Source: Candidatus Micrarchaeia archaeon
GTDB lineage: Archaea > Micrarchaeota > Micrarchaeia > Burarchaeales > JACRGF01
Direction of reading: 5' to 3'
Assembly: GCA_038870455.1 (NCBI GenBank)
Contig: JAWCPB010000002.1
Location: forward strand, 2,247-66,246
DNA length: 64,000 bases
In this document: positions 55,543 through 64,000 of the stretch, in pieces
How positions within the stretch are numbered: the stretch's first letter is position 1
Layout: each line of letters starts with the position of its first letter
The notes under the pieces: generated by a model
Seen by the model: the letters and a program-made list of their open reading frames with translations, nothing else
The model's database searches: none
Told to the model about the DNA's origin: nothing
Translations under genes and position numbers: made by a program

Positions 55543-56037
55543 ATGAAGGCGCAGGCGGCCATGGAGTACCTCATGTCCTATGGCTGGGCCATCGTCATCA
55601 TTGTCGTCGCGCTGGCCGTGCTCGTCTATCTCGGCGTTTTCAGCGCGGGCGGAAAGACGCCCGACATCTGCTCTTTTCCGCCGGGCATTCAGTGCAGGAG
55701 CTTCAGGCTCGAGGTGGATGGTTCGCTCAACACAACAATCTACAATGGCCTCAGCGACAAAATCATCGTCACGGGCGTGGCCTGCACGGCCGAGCAGCCC
55801 ACCGCCCAGGGCGAGCCACCGGTCTGGGAGAGCACCAATGCGAGCATCGATGCCGGCTACGCCGGCCCTGTGAATTTCGCTGCCTGCAGACTCGGCGACG
55901 GCACGACAGCGACAGGCAAGCTGGGCGATACCTATAGAGGGCGGCTTTACATCCGCTACCATCTCCAAAGCGAGGGAAGCGCCTCCCCCCGGGTGATTAG
56001 GGGCGACATCAGCGCGGGCATGCAGCCGGCGACCTAG
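55543..56037 (+). CDS. Class III signal peptide (archaeal type IV pilin/archaellin-like) protein
   Basis: 164 aa. MKAQAAMEYLMSYGWAIVIIVVALAVLVYLGVF fits the KAQAAxEYL plus hydrophobic N-terminus of archaeal pilins. Confidence 0.7.
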   Translation: MKAQAAMEYLMSYGWAIVIIVVALAVLVYLGVFSAGGKTPDICSFPPGIQCRSFRLEVDGSLNTTIYNGLSDKIIVTGVACTAEQPTAQGEPPVWESTNASIDAGYAGPVNFAACRLGDGTTATGKLGDTYRGRLYIRYHLQSEGSASPRVIRGDISAGMQPAT

Positions 56038-56630
56038 CCTCTGGTGCGCGTCAGGCATCCTCTCGCTATCTCCTCATACTTGCTCTTGGGAGCCACGCGC
56101 GCGATGGTTGCGGCCGCCTCTTCAAGAAACCGCTTGAGGAAAGCATCCTTCTCAGCGTCCATGCCGATTTTTGTGGCGGCGATGACGCACTCGAGCGCGA
56201 GCGCGGGCGCGCGCGAGAGCAGGGTGGGCTTGCCAACGCCATCCACAACGTCTGCCGTTATCGTTCCCCGTCCGCTGCCGTCCTCCTTGAACGCGAGCAC
56301 CTTGCACTGCCAGTAGGATGGCGCGCAGGAGAGCGCGGGCGCGTCGATGTCTGTCTTGCGGAATCGCTCTTTCCCGGCCTTGTCCGTGTCGAAAATGTGC
56401 GTATAGAATTCCTCAACGTCTTCGACAAAATTCAGCACGAAACATCTTCTTGCTTGAATGTTGGCGTAGGTCTGCGTCTCCCTGTAGGGGCGCACGACTA
56501 TCGTCTTCAAGTCGCTCGAGTGAAAGCCCATGGGCGCGGCGTTCGCCAGCCCTTCTGGCGAGTAGGTGCTCACAATTCCCTCATAAATCCAGTCCCTTTC
56601 CATGCCGGCTTGCTTGAGGTCAACCCTCAT
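56034..56630 (-). CDS. DUF447-family protein (split-barrel-like, uncharacterised)
   Basis: 198 aa. Assignment by family recollection. First gene of a minus-strand block continuing into pterin genes. Confidence 0.4.
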   Translation of the reverse strand: MRVDLKQAGMERDWIYEGIVSTYSPEGLANAAPMGFHSSDLKTIVVRPYRETQTYANIQARRCFVLNFVEDVEEFYTHIFDTDKAGKERFRKTDIDAPALSCAPSYWQCKVLAFKEDGSGRGTITADVVDGVGKPTLLSRAPALALECVIAATKIGMDAEKDAFLKRFLEEAAATIARVAPKSKYEEIARGCLTRTRG

Positions 56631-57955
56631 CCACTCTTCCTCACGAACTTCACTGCCTCACGCATTTTTCTCCTCGCCTCTTCCGCTGCCCGCAGCACGC
56701 GCGCCTCCATCGCGCTCTTCTCCCCCGGCTCTTCTTCTCCAGCCAATTTTTTAATTTTCGTATAGGCGCTTTCGCGGAACCTCGGCAGAAGAGGAACCGC
56801 GCGCCCGTCAAGCAGGAGCCGGCATTCTTTTCCCGCCGCTTTTCCAACAACAGCCGCCTTCACCCCGGCCCGCTTGAGCCTTTCGAGCGCAAGCTCCGGC
56901 TTTCGCGTAAATGCAAGAAGCGAGTCCAGCGACACACCAAGGTAATCAATGCCCTGTTCCTCCAAAAGGGCGAGCACCCGCGCGTTCACCATTTCCCTCA
57001 CCTGCTTCTCTTCCAACATAAGCCCCACGCCGCTCGCCCTGCACACCTCAGCCGCATCGCCCCTCAGCCCCCCGTTCGTCACATCGAGCATGGCGTGAAT
57101 GCCGGGACAGCCGGCGAGCGCTCTGCAGGCCCTGATGAAGTTGATGTTGAGCGTCTTGGCGACAACATCGTGGTGCCCCGAGAAAATCGCCGCCGTGCAC
57201 ACCGTGCCGCCACCCGCGCCCTCCGTCATCACAATGGCATCGCCGGGCTTCACGTTTGCTCTCGCAAACAGGTTTCTGCCCGCCACCCCAACCGCCCCCA
57301 CGCACGACACCATCCTGTCTCCTATGACCATGTCGCCGCCAACGCGGAGCGTGCTGCCCGCAACGAGCGGCACGCCCGTCAGCTCGCTCACCGTCCCGAT
57401 GCCTGCTGAAAAATCGAACAGCTTGCCGACATCGCCGTCATCGGCCAGATGCAGGTCTGTGAAGAGCGCGACCGGCCTTGCCCCCTTCACGAGCACATCG
57501 CGCAGGGCGGCCCTCGTGACGTGAAAGCCTGCCAGAAAGGGCCATTCGCTGAGGCGCGAGTGCGTTCCATCCACCGACACGACAATCGTGTTGCGGCCGG
57601 CCTTCACCGCTCCCGCGTCATCCAGCGCGCCCGGTCCGAGCGCCGTTTTTCCGCTGGCGAATCCAGCGAGCAGCCTGTGCACGAAAAAATCGCCCGTTCC
57701 CCTGCTGCCCACGCCCATCGCGCCCATGCTGACTCCGCTCCTCGGGCAGGAGAGCAGGCGTGCGAGCCAGGAGCTGCGCGGTTTTTTGTTCGACAGCACC
57801 ACTTCGTCAAACACGGCCGCCGCAATGGCACTCGCCCGCGCGCGGTCGATGCCCTTTATCGCTGCGATGAGCCTGGCCATGCCGGCCTCCGCCTTCGCCC
57901 TCTCCTCCCCTTTCGCGAGGGCCCTTCTCGCAAAACCCTCAAGATCCACGCACAC
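56627..57955 (-). CDS. AIR-synthase-related (PurM-like superfamily) protein with N-terminal extension
   Basis: 442 aa. PurM N-domain signature (DDAGAV...IVVSVDGTH) and C-domain. No HypE PRIC terminus. Confidence 0.6.
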   Translation of the reverse strand: MCVDLEGFARRALAKGEERAKAEAGMARLIAAIKGIDRARASAIAAAVFDEVVLSNKKPRSSWLARLLSCPRSGVSMGAMGVGSRGTGDFFVHRLLAGFASGKTALGPGALDDAGAVKAGRNTIVVSVDGTHSRLSEWPFLAGFHVTRAALRDVLVKGARPVALFTDLHLADDGDVGKLFDFSAGIGTVSELTGVPLVAGSTLRVGGDMVIGDRMVSCVGAVGVAGRNLFARANVKPGDAIVMTEGAGGGTVCTAAIFSGHHDVVAKTLNINFIRACRALAGCPGIHAMLDVTNGGLRGDAAEVCRASGVGLMLEEKQVREMVNARVLALLEEQGIDYLGVSLDSLLAFTRKPELALERLKRAGVKAAVVGKAAGKECRLLLDGRAVPLLPRFRESAYTKIKKLAGEEEPGEKSAMEARVLRAAEEARRKMREAVKFVRKSG

Positions 57956-58610
57956 ACCTCACAAAACCCTTCCACCCGCGCCGCGTTGCCAGATTGAATA
58001 CATCAGCCCTCTCCCTTCTCAGCAGGCCGATGAGCCTCCTCGCCACGCCGTGCTTTGTGCCCCTGAAGTCAATCCCGACAAAACCGATGGGGCTCGCGCC
58101 AAAAGCCCGTGCCAGGAAGACGCACCTGTCCCCGTCAGTGAATCCACCAAAGTTGTACACGCGCCCTTTTGGTTCCACCTGCGTTGTGCCGATGAGCTTG
58201 CACCCTCGCAATAACCGCAGCGCCCCACTCAGTTTGCCGATGTTGTCACCGTGTGCGTGAATCACTATAACAGCGCCTCTCTCGCCCGCCTCCCTTATTG
58301 CCTCCATCCTTCCGTCCAAGTCCGTGCATACAACATCTGGAACAATGCCATTTTCCAGCAGCGTTTGGGTCGCGCCGTCCGCGGCAATCACCACGCAGGG
58401 ATGGACGAGCATTATGCTGTTTCTCATTCCGCGCGCGTTCCCAAAAACGATTGCCGGCTTGCCTTGAAGGAACAGCAACAACTCCTTCCCACCTCTCACC
58501 ATCTTTGTAAGCGCATCGCGCGCCCTCTCATCCCTATCGAAATTCAGGCGAAGGGGAGCGAGCTGCCTCTTTATCCTCTCATATTCCTTCATCCATGCAC
58601 CGAGCTCCAT
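57939..58610 (-). CDS. mptE: 6-Hydroxymethyl-7,8-dihydropterin pyrophosphokinase, archaeal type (DUF115)
   Basis: AIVFGNARGMRNSI...VVCTDLDG...IVIHAHGDN is typical of DUF115/MptE. ATG (MELGAW) at 58610. The longer ORF-track start would overlap the upstream gene by 116 nt. Confidence 0.65.
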   Translation of the reverse strand: MELGAWMKEYERIKRQLAPLRLNFDRDERARDALTKMVRGGKELLLFLQGKPAIVFGNARGMRNSIMLVHPCVVIAADGATQTLLENGIVPDVVCTDLDGRMEAIREAGERGAVIVIHAHGDNIGKLSGALRLLRGCKLIGTTQVEPKGRVYNFGGFTDGDRCVFLARAFGASPIGFVGIDFRGTKHGVARRLIGLLRRERADVFNLATRRGWKGFVRCVRGS

Positions 58611-60087
58611 AGATTCCCCACTCCATCGGCTCGTCCTGCACATAGCTCTTGCGCAGCAGGAGACACAGCTCCGCCTTCGCCAGCTCCCTGCCAAGATAAA
58701 CCGCGTGTTCTTTGGAGATTTTCACCCTCCCGTCCCTAGCGATTGCGATTCCAACCTCCCTCGCGTTTTTCCCAGTAAAGAGAATCCTCCGCCCGCCTTC
58801 TTCCCACACCGCGTTTATTCTGTCCGAGAGGAATATTCTGAAGCTTCCTCTGTCGTACTTCGGCCTGGCCTCCTCCGCCTCGACAACTTCGTCGGCGGAA
58901 ATCGCCACGCTCGGCAGCTCTCTCTTTTCCTTGAGCGCCAGCACGCTGAACCCCAAGTCTTTCGGAACCGCTCTTCTCTCCCTCGCCACGCACAGCAGCC
59001 TCGCCGCAGCAGCCAGCTCCCTCACACTCCCTCTTGCCTTTGGGCTTTTCTCAGGCGCAAACAGAAACTCAACGCCAATCTCGCTGGCAAAGCCCGCAAG
59101 CAGCGCGTTCATCCCCACGCTGTCCGCATCGAATAGTTCAACGACATTTCCAACGCCCATCATGAGCGGCACGCCCGGATTCCTCTGTCTGAAATGATGA
59201 TAGGCGAGCAGCGAGTCGGCAAAGCCCGCGCCCACGGGCTCGAGAATGGAGTCGGCGATGAACTTCTCGAAACCCATCTTCTTCAGCTTCTGCCCGGCCT
59301 CCTCAAGCCACTCCACTTTTTCCCAAATTCCTTTCGCAATCCTCCCGCCTTTTCCCGGAATCACCACGCACGGGATGCCGAGCGAGGGCGCGAGCTCTAT
59401 GCTGTCGAGCGTGAGGCTGAGGAGAAGGTCCGCCCCCGCATCCGCCGCAGCCGCAAGCTCCTTCTCGTGCATCGAATCCACGCTCACCGGAAGCCCGCTT
59501 TTCCCAGCCGCTTTCACCAGCCTTTCAATCTCCCCGGAATTATCCTCGTTGGCAACCATCCCGATGTCTATCACGCTCGCGCCCTCCCGTTTGAAGTACT
59601 CGGCCCGCGCGGCCACCTCCTCATCGCTCATTCTCGGGGCGTCGACGATCTCGCCGATCACGCGCATTGTTCCTCCAATCCGCAGCCTGCCCCACACATT
59701 CCCTTTTCTCTCGGCCTCTGCGACAACCCGCGCGGCTTCCTCGGCCATCTCCCTTGCGTGCAGCTTCTCTGCCGGAACATCTTTGGACAGCGCGAGCCCT
59801 CTCGCAATCACCCACGGCAGGTCGCCGATGTGTGTGGGACCACGGAAGCATGGAATTCCCACGCGCCTCTCAAGCTCGCGCACATCAAAATTCACTCCGC
59901 CCGGCAGAATCACGCGCTCGTAGTTACTCAAATCAATCAGTCTGAGCTGTTCCTCAACGAGCGCCAGCGGAAGCAGCGCCGCCACTCCCCACTCGCACAC
60001 AAGGTAATCAACGCCCGGAACGGGCCTGGCCGCGCGCGCGGCGTCCCTGGCGGTCACGGCGAGCGTCCTTCCCATGCCCCCCCACAA
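58579..60087 (-). CDS. Dihydropteroate-synthase-like pterin-binding protein (H4MPT-pathway type) with N-terminal extra domain
   Basis: 502 aa. Pterin-binding TIM-barrel segment RIGGTMRVIGEIVDAP...GASVIDIG. Confidence 0.6.
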   Translation of the reverse strand: MWGGMGRTLAVTARDAARAARPVPGVDYLVCEWGVAALLPLALVEEQLRLIDLSNYERVILPGGVNFDVRELERRVGIPCFRGPTHIGDLPWVIARGLALSKDVPAEKLHAREMAEEAARVVAEAERKGNVWGRLRIGGTMRVIGEIVDAPRMSDEEVAARAEYFKREGASVIDIGMVANEDNSGEIERLVKAAGKSGLPVSVDSMHEKELAAAADAGADLLLSLTLDSIELAPSLGIPCVVIPGKGGRIAKGIWEKVEWLEEAGQKLKKMGFEKFIADSILEPVGAGFADSLLAYHHFRQRNPGVPLMMGVGNVVELFDADSVGMNALLAGFASEIGVEFLFAPEKSPKARGSVRELAAAARLLCVARERRAVPKDLGFSVLALKEKRELPSVAISADEVVEAEEARPKYDRGSFRIFLSDRINAVWEEGGRRILFTGKNAREVGIAIARDGRVKISKEHAVYLGRELAKAELCLLLRKSYVQDEPMEWGIYGARCMDEGI

Positions 60088-60098
60088 ACTCTTTATTC

Positions 60099-61046
60099 GT
60101 GCTTTATTCTATTAATCTTGTGGGAGTGGTTGTCAGGACCGGCAGCAGGCTGCACTTCGGCTTGTTTGACCTGAACGGCGAGCGCGGGCGCTGCGACGGC
60201 GGCGCGGGCGTTTATCTGGAGAAGCCTGGGGTGGAGGTTGAGGCCGAGGAAAGCAAGCGCACCGAAGTCATTGCGGAGGAAAGGGTTGCAGAGATACTCG
60301 CGGCCGCACGCGCATTTGCCCCTCACCGCATCATCGTCCGCCGCTCCATTCCTCCTCACGTCGGCCTCGGCTCAACCACTCAGCTCCTGCTCGCTGTGGC
60401 AAAAGCCTGCGCGCCACACAGGCGCGCGCCAGAGCTTGCGCGAGTGGTCGGCAGGGGGGGCACGAGCGGCATCGGCACATGGGGCTTTGCCAAAGGAGGC
60501 CTCATTTTCGATGCCGGCCATGCCTTTCCAAGTGAAAAAAAGTCGTTTCTACCCTCGGCCGCCTCGCGCGCCCCTCCTCCCCCCCTGCTGGCGCGCATTC
60601 CCCTTCCCCGAAACTGGCTTTTTGTATGCAGCGTTCCTTCACCAAAACGCATTCACGGGAAGCTGGAGAAAAAAATTTTCGCGCGCTACTGCCCGATTCC
60701 AAGCAGGGAGGTTGAGCGCGCTTTTGCAGCCGCTTTTTCCCAAATTGCTCCAGGCGCGCTCGAGCGAGACATCAGTTTGTTCGGCGAAGGCATCGTCGCG
60801 CTTCAATCCATCGGCTTCAAGAAAATAGAGTGGAGGTTTCAAGAGAAAGCAACACGCGAAGCTTTTACCTTGCTGCAGAAAGAATGCGCGGGCGCAGGCC
60901 TCTCCTCCTTCGGCCCCCTCGTTTTCGGCGTGACCGACTCGGCGAAGCAGGCCAGAGGGCTTGCTTCTTTCCTGCCAAACGCCTTCGTCTCGAGGGTGAG
61001 GAACAAGGGCGCATCCATCGCACACTTCAGCAGCTCTCCTGCTTAA
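60099..61046 (+). CDS. mptG: beta-Ribofuranosylaminobenzene 5'-phosphate synthase (GHMP-kinase fold)
   Basis: 315 aa. RTGSRLHFGLFDLNGERGRCDGGAGV..., PPHVGLGSTTQ, VGRGGTSGIGTWGF, FGKREVDIF-like and YCPIP segments match archaeal beta-RFAP synthase. Confidence 0.8.
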   Translation: MLYSINLVGVVVRTGSRLHFGLFDLNGERGRCDGGAGVYLEKPGVEVEAEESKRTEVIAEERVAEILAAARAFAPHRIIVRRSIPPHVGLGSTTQLLLAVAKACAPHRRAPELARVVGRGGTSGIGTWGFAKGGLIFDAGHAFPSEKKSFLPSAASRAPPPPLLARIPLPRNWLFVCSVPSPKRIHGKLEKKIFARYCPIPSREVERAFAAAFSQIAPGALERDISLFGEGIVALQSIGFKKIEWRFQEKATREAFTLLQKECAGAGLSSFGPLVFGVTDSAKQARGLASFLPNAFVSRVRNKGASIAHFSSSPA

Positions 61047-61477
61047 GCCAACCCGCTCTCTGCGAGAAGGCGCTCGATGCGCTCGGCCAGCGCGCGCAGT
61101 GCCTTCGCCTTCGGTTCCAGCCCAATCCTCTCCACCGCACCCTGCGCCTCGATGGAGCCGAGCGCTGTGCGCGCATCGTAATACAGCGCGCGCATCAGCT
61201 CGTATGCTTTCTCGCCAACCTCATCCTCCCTGCCGAGAAATTGCGAGGCTTCGTCTGCAACCCTCTCCATGAGCGCCGCATCCTCCTTGTAATCAACTTT
61301 GGCGAGTGCGTCGAGAATGTGGAAAGGGGAGCGGGACAGCCCCTGGAGGAGAGCCTCCACAGAGCTTTTGTGCGCGCTCTTGGCCACCTGCAGGCCGAGG
61401 ACGGTTTTGCCTCTCTCCAGTATGCTGGGAAATTCTGCCGGCCGTCCGCCCCCCAGCCTCTGCACACCTTTCTTCAT
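61043..61477 (-). CDS. Hypothetical helical protein
   Basis: 144-aa ORF between mptG and the ASKHA-like gene. Confidence 0.35.
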   Translation of the reverse strand: MKKGVQRLGGGRPAEFPSILERGKTVLGLQVAKSAHKSSVEALLQGLSRSPFHILDALAKVDYKEDAALMERVADEASQFLGREDEVGEKAYELMRALYYDARTALGSIEAQGAVERIGLEPKAKALRALAERIERLLAESGLA

Positions 61478-61480
61478 CTT

Positions 61481-62452
61481 TCACACCACAAAATCAAGTA
61501 TGCTGCCGCTCGCGCCATCAATCTCCATGCAATCAAATAATGGATGGAATTCCCCACCGGCGATGCCGTCCGCCAGCATGGCCGCACCGATCGCCGCAGG
61601 CTTTCTTCCATGCCAATAACCTTGGAGGTCGAAGAAGGAAAAGCCTGCCCCAAGCACCTCGAGCTTCTCCTTTGCTTTGCCCGCGAGCGCGCCTGAGAGA
61701 ACGACTTCCTTTGCATCGAGGGCAACGCGCAATCTCGCAAGGTCCTTGAGCACCCCCTCCCAGTAGGCCCTCTCTGCATCGCGGCAGGCTCGCCTCGCAT
61801 CAATCACGCCGCCGGAGAAAACAAATCGTTTGCCCGCCATCCGCCCGCCAGCCATTTTCCCAACCAGCTCCGAATCAACCGCGCCCCTCGCTCGCCAGCC
61901 CATGCTCGCGCAACTTCCTCCAACCCCGTCGATTATCCTGCCTTCCTCCACCGTAAGAAACGCGTTGAAAAAGCTCCCGAGCTCGGCGAAAAGGAAAGTC
62001 GTCTCGTCGAATCTGATGCTTTTTTTGCGGGCAAGGGTAGCGATCGCACAAGCGCACGCCGCCACCTTGTCCGGCGTCCCCAAGTCGAGCTTGTTTATTT
62101 TCCTCCAATCGGGCACTGTGGGGAGATGCTTGGCCCCCGGCAGCACGTATGCATTGATCCCTCTCTGCTTCAGCTCGCGCAACAGCGCGGTGAGCCCGAG
62201 AATGCTCTCGCGCTCTCTCTTGAAGGCGAGGAGGCGAAAGTCGCGGGCGGTGAGCTTGCTCACATGGGTGAGGGGAAGCCCATAACCGGAAGGGGCAGCA
62301 ACGACATCAGCAGCGGCAACGAGGTCAGCGATTCGTCGTGTTCTCCTCTTTGCCTCGGCGCTCCCCATCTCCCTATAGGCAGATAGTTTGCCATCTGTGA
62401 GGAAAGCAATCGACCACCGCGAGCTTCCGGCATCAATGCCTGCCGACAACAC
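61481..62452 (-). CDS. ASKHA (actin-like ATPase) superfamily protein, DUF1464-like
   Basis: 323 aa. N-terminal GIDAGSS phosphate-1 motif and later Gly-rich segments (GGVIDA) typical of sugar-kinase/Hsp70/actin fold ATPases. Confidence 0.5.
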   Translation of the reverse strand: MLSAGIDAGSSRWSIAFLTDGKLSAYREMGSAEAKRRTRRIADLVAAADVVAAPSGYGLPLTHVSKLTARDFRLLAFKRERESILGLTALLRELKQRGINAYVLPGAKHLPTVPDWRKINKLDLGTPDKVAACACAIATLARKKSIRFDETTFLFAELGSFFNAFLTVEEGRIIDGVGGSCASMGWRARGAVDSELVGKMAGGRMAGKRFVFSGGVIDARRACRDAERAYWEGVLKDLARLRVALDAKEVVLSGALAGKAKEKLEVLGAGFSFFDLQGYWHGRKPAAIGAAMLADGIAGGEFHPLFDCMEIDGASGSILDFVV

Positions 62453-62486
62453 GGTTTAAGTAATTGCGCTCCCGATTTAAATACCT

Positions 62487-63434
62487 GTGAGAGACACAGA
62501 GTCCATGCAGGCGTTGCCCGATATTCACGCTTGGCCCCCTGCCTTCAGGGTGCCGCTCACGCGCGCCGGCGTGACGGGCATAAAGAAGGCGCTCGTGCAG
62601 GAGAACGAGGAAGGGAAAAAAACAGTTCTGTACGCCAGCATCGACGCTTTTGTCGACGTGGTGGGCGGGCAGAGGGGCGCGCACTTCAGCCGGCACAACG
62701 AGGTCATCAACGAGTGCGTCGAGCGCGCAGCTTCGGAGAATGTCGCCGATGTTGAGACGCTGTGCTCCGAGATATCAAAGAGGCTGTTGGAGAGGAACGA
62801 GCACGCCACGCGCGCCGAAGTGCGCCTGGCCGCCGACCTCATCCTGCCGAGGCAGGCGCCGGCCAGCGGCTCACCCGTCCAGGAGAACTACCGCATTCTC
62901 GCGAAAGCCGTTTCGTGGGCGGAGGACGGGGCAGTCAGGACGAGGAAATCAATCGGCATAGAAGCCACCGGCATGACCGTGTGCCCGTGCGGCCTCGAGC
63001 TGGCCAGAGAGCACGCGCGCGGCAAGCTCCTCAAGGAGGGTTTTGATGAGAAACAAGCGGAGCTGGCGCTCGCGTCCATCCCGCTCGCGAGCCACAACCA
63101 GAGGTGCAGGGCGACGCTCATCGTTGAGACGGGCGAGGGCGAGCGCGTTGATGCCCAAGACCTCGTGGAAATCGCCGAGGCCAGCATGTCTTCGCCCGCG
63201 TTCGACGTGCTCAAGAGGGAGGACGAGCTCAAGGTCATAGTCGAGGCGCACGCCAGGCCTGCCTTTGTTGAAGATGTTGTTCGCAACATGCTCAGCGGCC
63301 TGCTCGCGGCCTATCCGAACCTGGCGCCTGACGCGCTGGTCACAGCCCGGTGCGAGAGCGCCGAGAGCATTCACGCGCACAACGCGTTTGCAGAAAAAAT
63401 CGTTTCGCTCGGAGAGCTGAGGGAAGGGACGTGA
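62487..63434 (+). CDS. mptA: GTP cyclohydrolase MptA/FolE2 (type IB-like, archaeal)
   Basis: 315 aa. GMTVCPCGLELA metal-binding motif and HNQRCRATL segment typical of the MptA/FolE2 family. Confidence 0.75.
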   Translation: MRDTESMQALPDIHAWPPAFRVPLTRAGVTGIKKALVQENEEGKKTVLYASIDAFVDVVGGQRGAHFSRHNEVINECVERAASENVADVETLCSEISKRLLERNEHATRAEVRLAADLILPRQAPASGSPVQENYRILAKAVSWAEDGAVRTRKSIGIEATGMTVCPCGLELAREHARGKLLKEGFDEKQAELALASIPLASHNQRCRATLIVETGEGERVDAQDLVEIAEASMSSPAFDVLKREDELKVIVEAHARPAFVEDVVRNMLSGLLAAYPNLAPDALVTARCESAESIHAHNAFAEKIVSLGELREGT

Positions 63435-63868
63435 GGGTTGTCGTCTCAGGCGTTTATTTCAGCGCGGCGCACTTCGTGATGACGGCCGGCGAGCGCGAGG
63501 CCATCCACGGGCACAACTATGAAATAGAGGCGGAAGTCGAGGGGAAAATGGGCAGAGAGGGTTACGTCGTTGACTTCCGCGAGCTCAGGCGCCTGCTGCG
63601 CGAGGCCGCAGCGCCGCTCGACCACAAGTTCCTGCTGCCGGAGAAAAGCAGGAGCGTAAAGGCGAGGAGGAAAAGCGGCGAGGTTGAGGTGGCCGCGTGC
63701 GGAAAAAGATTCGTTTTCCCAGAGGGTGACGTGGCCTTCCTGCCGCTCAGCGCGATCACTGCCGAGCAGCTCGCGAGGTTTTTTTACGGGAGAATAAAGG
63801 GGAAGGTGGGCGGGGCGCTCTCAATCCGCGTCTTCGAAAGCCCTCACGCGAGCGCAGTCTATCCATAG
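63431..63868 (+). CDS. 6-Pyruvoyl-tetrahydropterin synthase family protein (QueD/PTPS-III-like, Glu-containing active-site variant)
   Basis: GTG start overlapping the mptA stop (GTGA). SGVYFSAAHF...EREAIHGHNYEIE HGH zinc motif without the upstream Cys. Confidence 0.7.
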   Translation: MRVVVSGVYFSAAHFVMTAGEREAIHGHNYEIEAEVEGKMGREGYVVDFRELRRLLREAAAPLDHKFLLPEKSRSVKARRKSGEVEVAACGKRFVFPEGDVAFLPLSAITAEQLARFFYGRIKGKVGGALSIRVFESPHASAVYP

Positions 63869-63952
63869 CCTTAAATACCGCCTTTGCCAAAAGAACACTA
63901 TGGTGCTCTCTTGCTGCAATCCGGTATTAAAAAAGAGAAGTTCCGCGCGCTG

Positions 63953-63976
63953 TGCGTGAGGTTGGGCCTCACGCAC
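63953..63976. terminator. Perfect 10-bp inverted repeat GTGCGTGAGG-ttgg-CCTCACGCAC (possible transcript-end hairpin)
   Basis: Read directly. Lies in the 3' intergenic tail after the PTPS-like gene. Confidence 0.25.
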
Positions 63977-64000
63977 ACCCGCCACAAGGAAACGTCTCTG

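Noticed and set aside
59194-60174. 326-aa plus-strand ORF across the DHPS-like gene
   Set aside because: Antisense. Arg/His/Pro-rich.
1-64000. CRISPR arrays, transposases, integrases or prophage genes
   Set aside because: No direct-repeat arrays and no recombinase or transposase-like ORFs were seen. The tRNA-Cys has no adjacent integrase or duplicated 3' half.

Overview
This 64 kb window is a gene-dense, GC-rich (about 65%) archaeal chromosomal segment. The archaeal assignment rests on a histone-fold protein, CDC48/VAT, class-III-signal-peptide pilin-like proteins, TruD, an archaeal-type IPS/AIP-synthase pair, MptA/MptG/MptE tetrahydromethanopterin genes, an intron-containing tRNA, and AT-rich TATA/BRE-like promoter islands (tttatttaaa) in otherwise GC-rich DNA. 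I support about 75 features. Many alternative-frame ORFs in the six-frame track are high-GC artefacts and are not called.

The most notable region is a roughly 13 kb, same-strand sulfur/cysteine super-cluster (1279-14537). It contains a TauE/SafE exporter; a ThrC-like PLP enzyme with an N-terminal zinc ribbon; two separate ubiquitin-like sulfur-carrier modules, each a MoaD/ThiS-like protein ending in GG next to an E1-like ThiF/MoeB adenylyltransferase with CxxC..CxxC; two CysK-type cysteine synthases; CysE; an ATP-grasp ligase; a TusA-like protein; a Cys-rich Fe-S-domain protein; CysRS; a radical-SAM enzyme; and an intron-containing tRNA-Cys(GCA) that directly abuts the operon end. A recurrent GGAATA box sits upstream of four promoters of this cluster, beside a divergently encoded HTH-CBS regulator. 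An in-frame TGA separates E1 number 1 from CysK number 1, and the CysK has no canonical start codon. Together these suggest an undescribed protein-thiocarboxylate-dependent cysteine and low-molecular-weight-thiol system.

Other notable items are listed here. A CDC48 carries an approximately 140-aa charged insertion in D1. It is followed by a tentative NfeD-like protein, a site-2 protease and two pilin-like proteins. A HydG-like plus HydE-like radical-SAM pair has no visible hydrogenase. A tetrahydromethanopterin/pterin biosynthesis cluster (mptE, DHPS-like, mptG, mptA, PTPS-like) is interleaved with uncharacterised genes (DUF447, PurM-like, ASKHA-like). Also present are the trpBA, pyrG, prs and topoisomerase IA genes, a three-gene glycosyltransferase block and an IPS plus archaetidylinositol-phosphate synthase pair.
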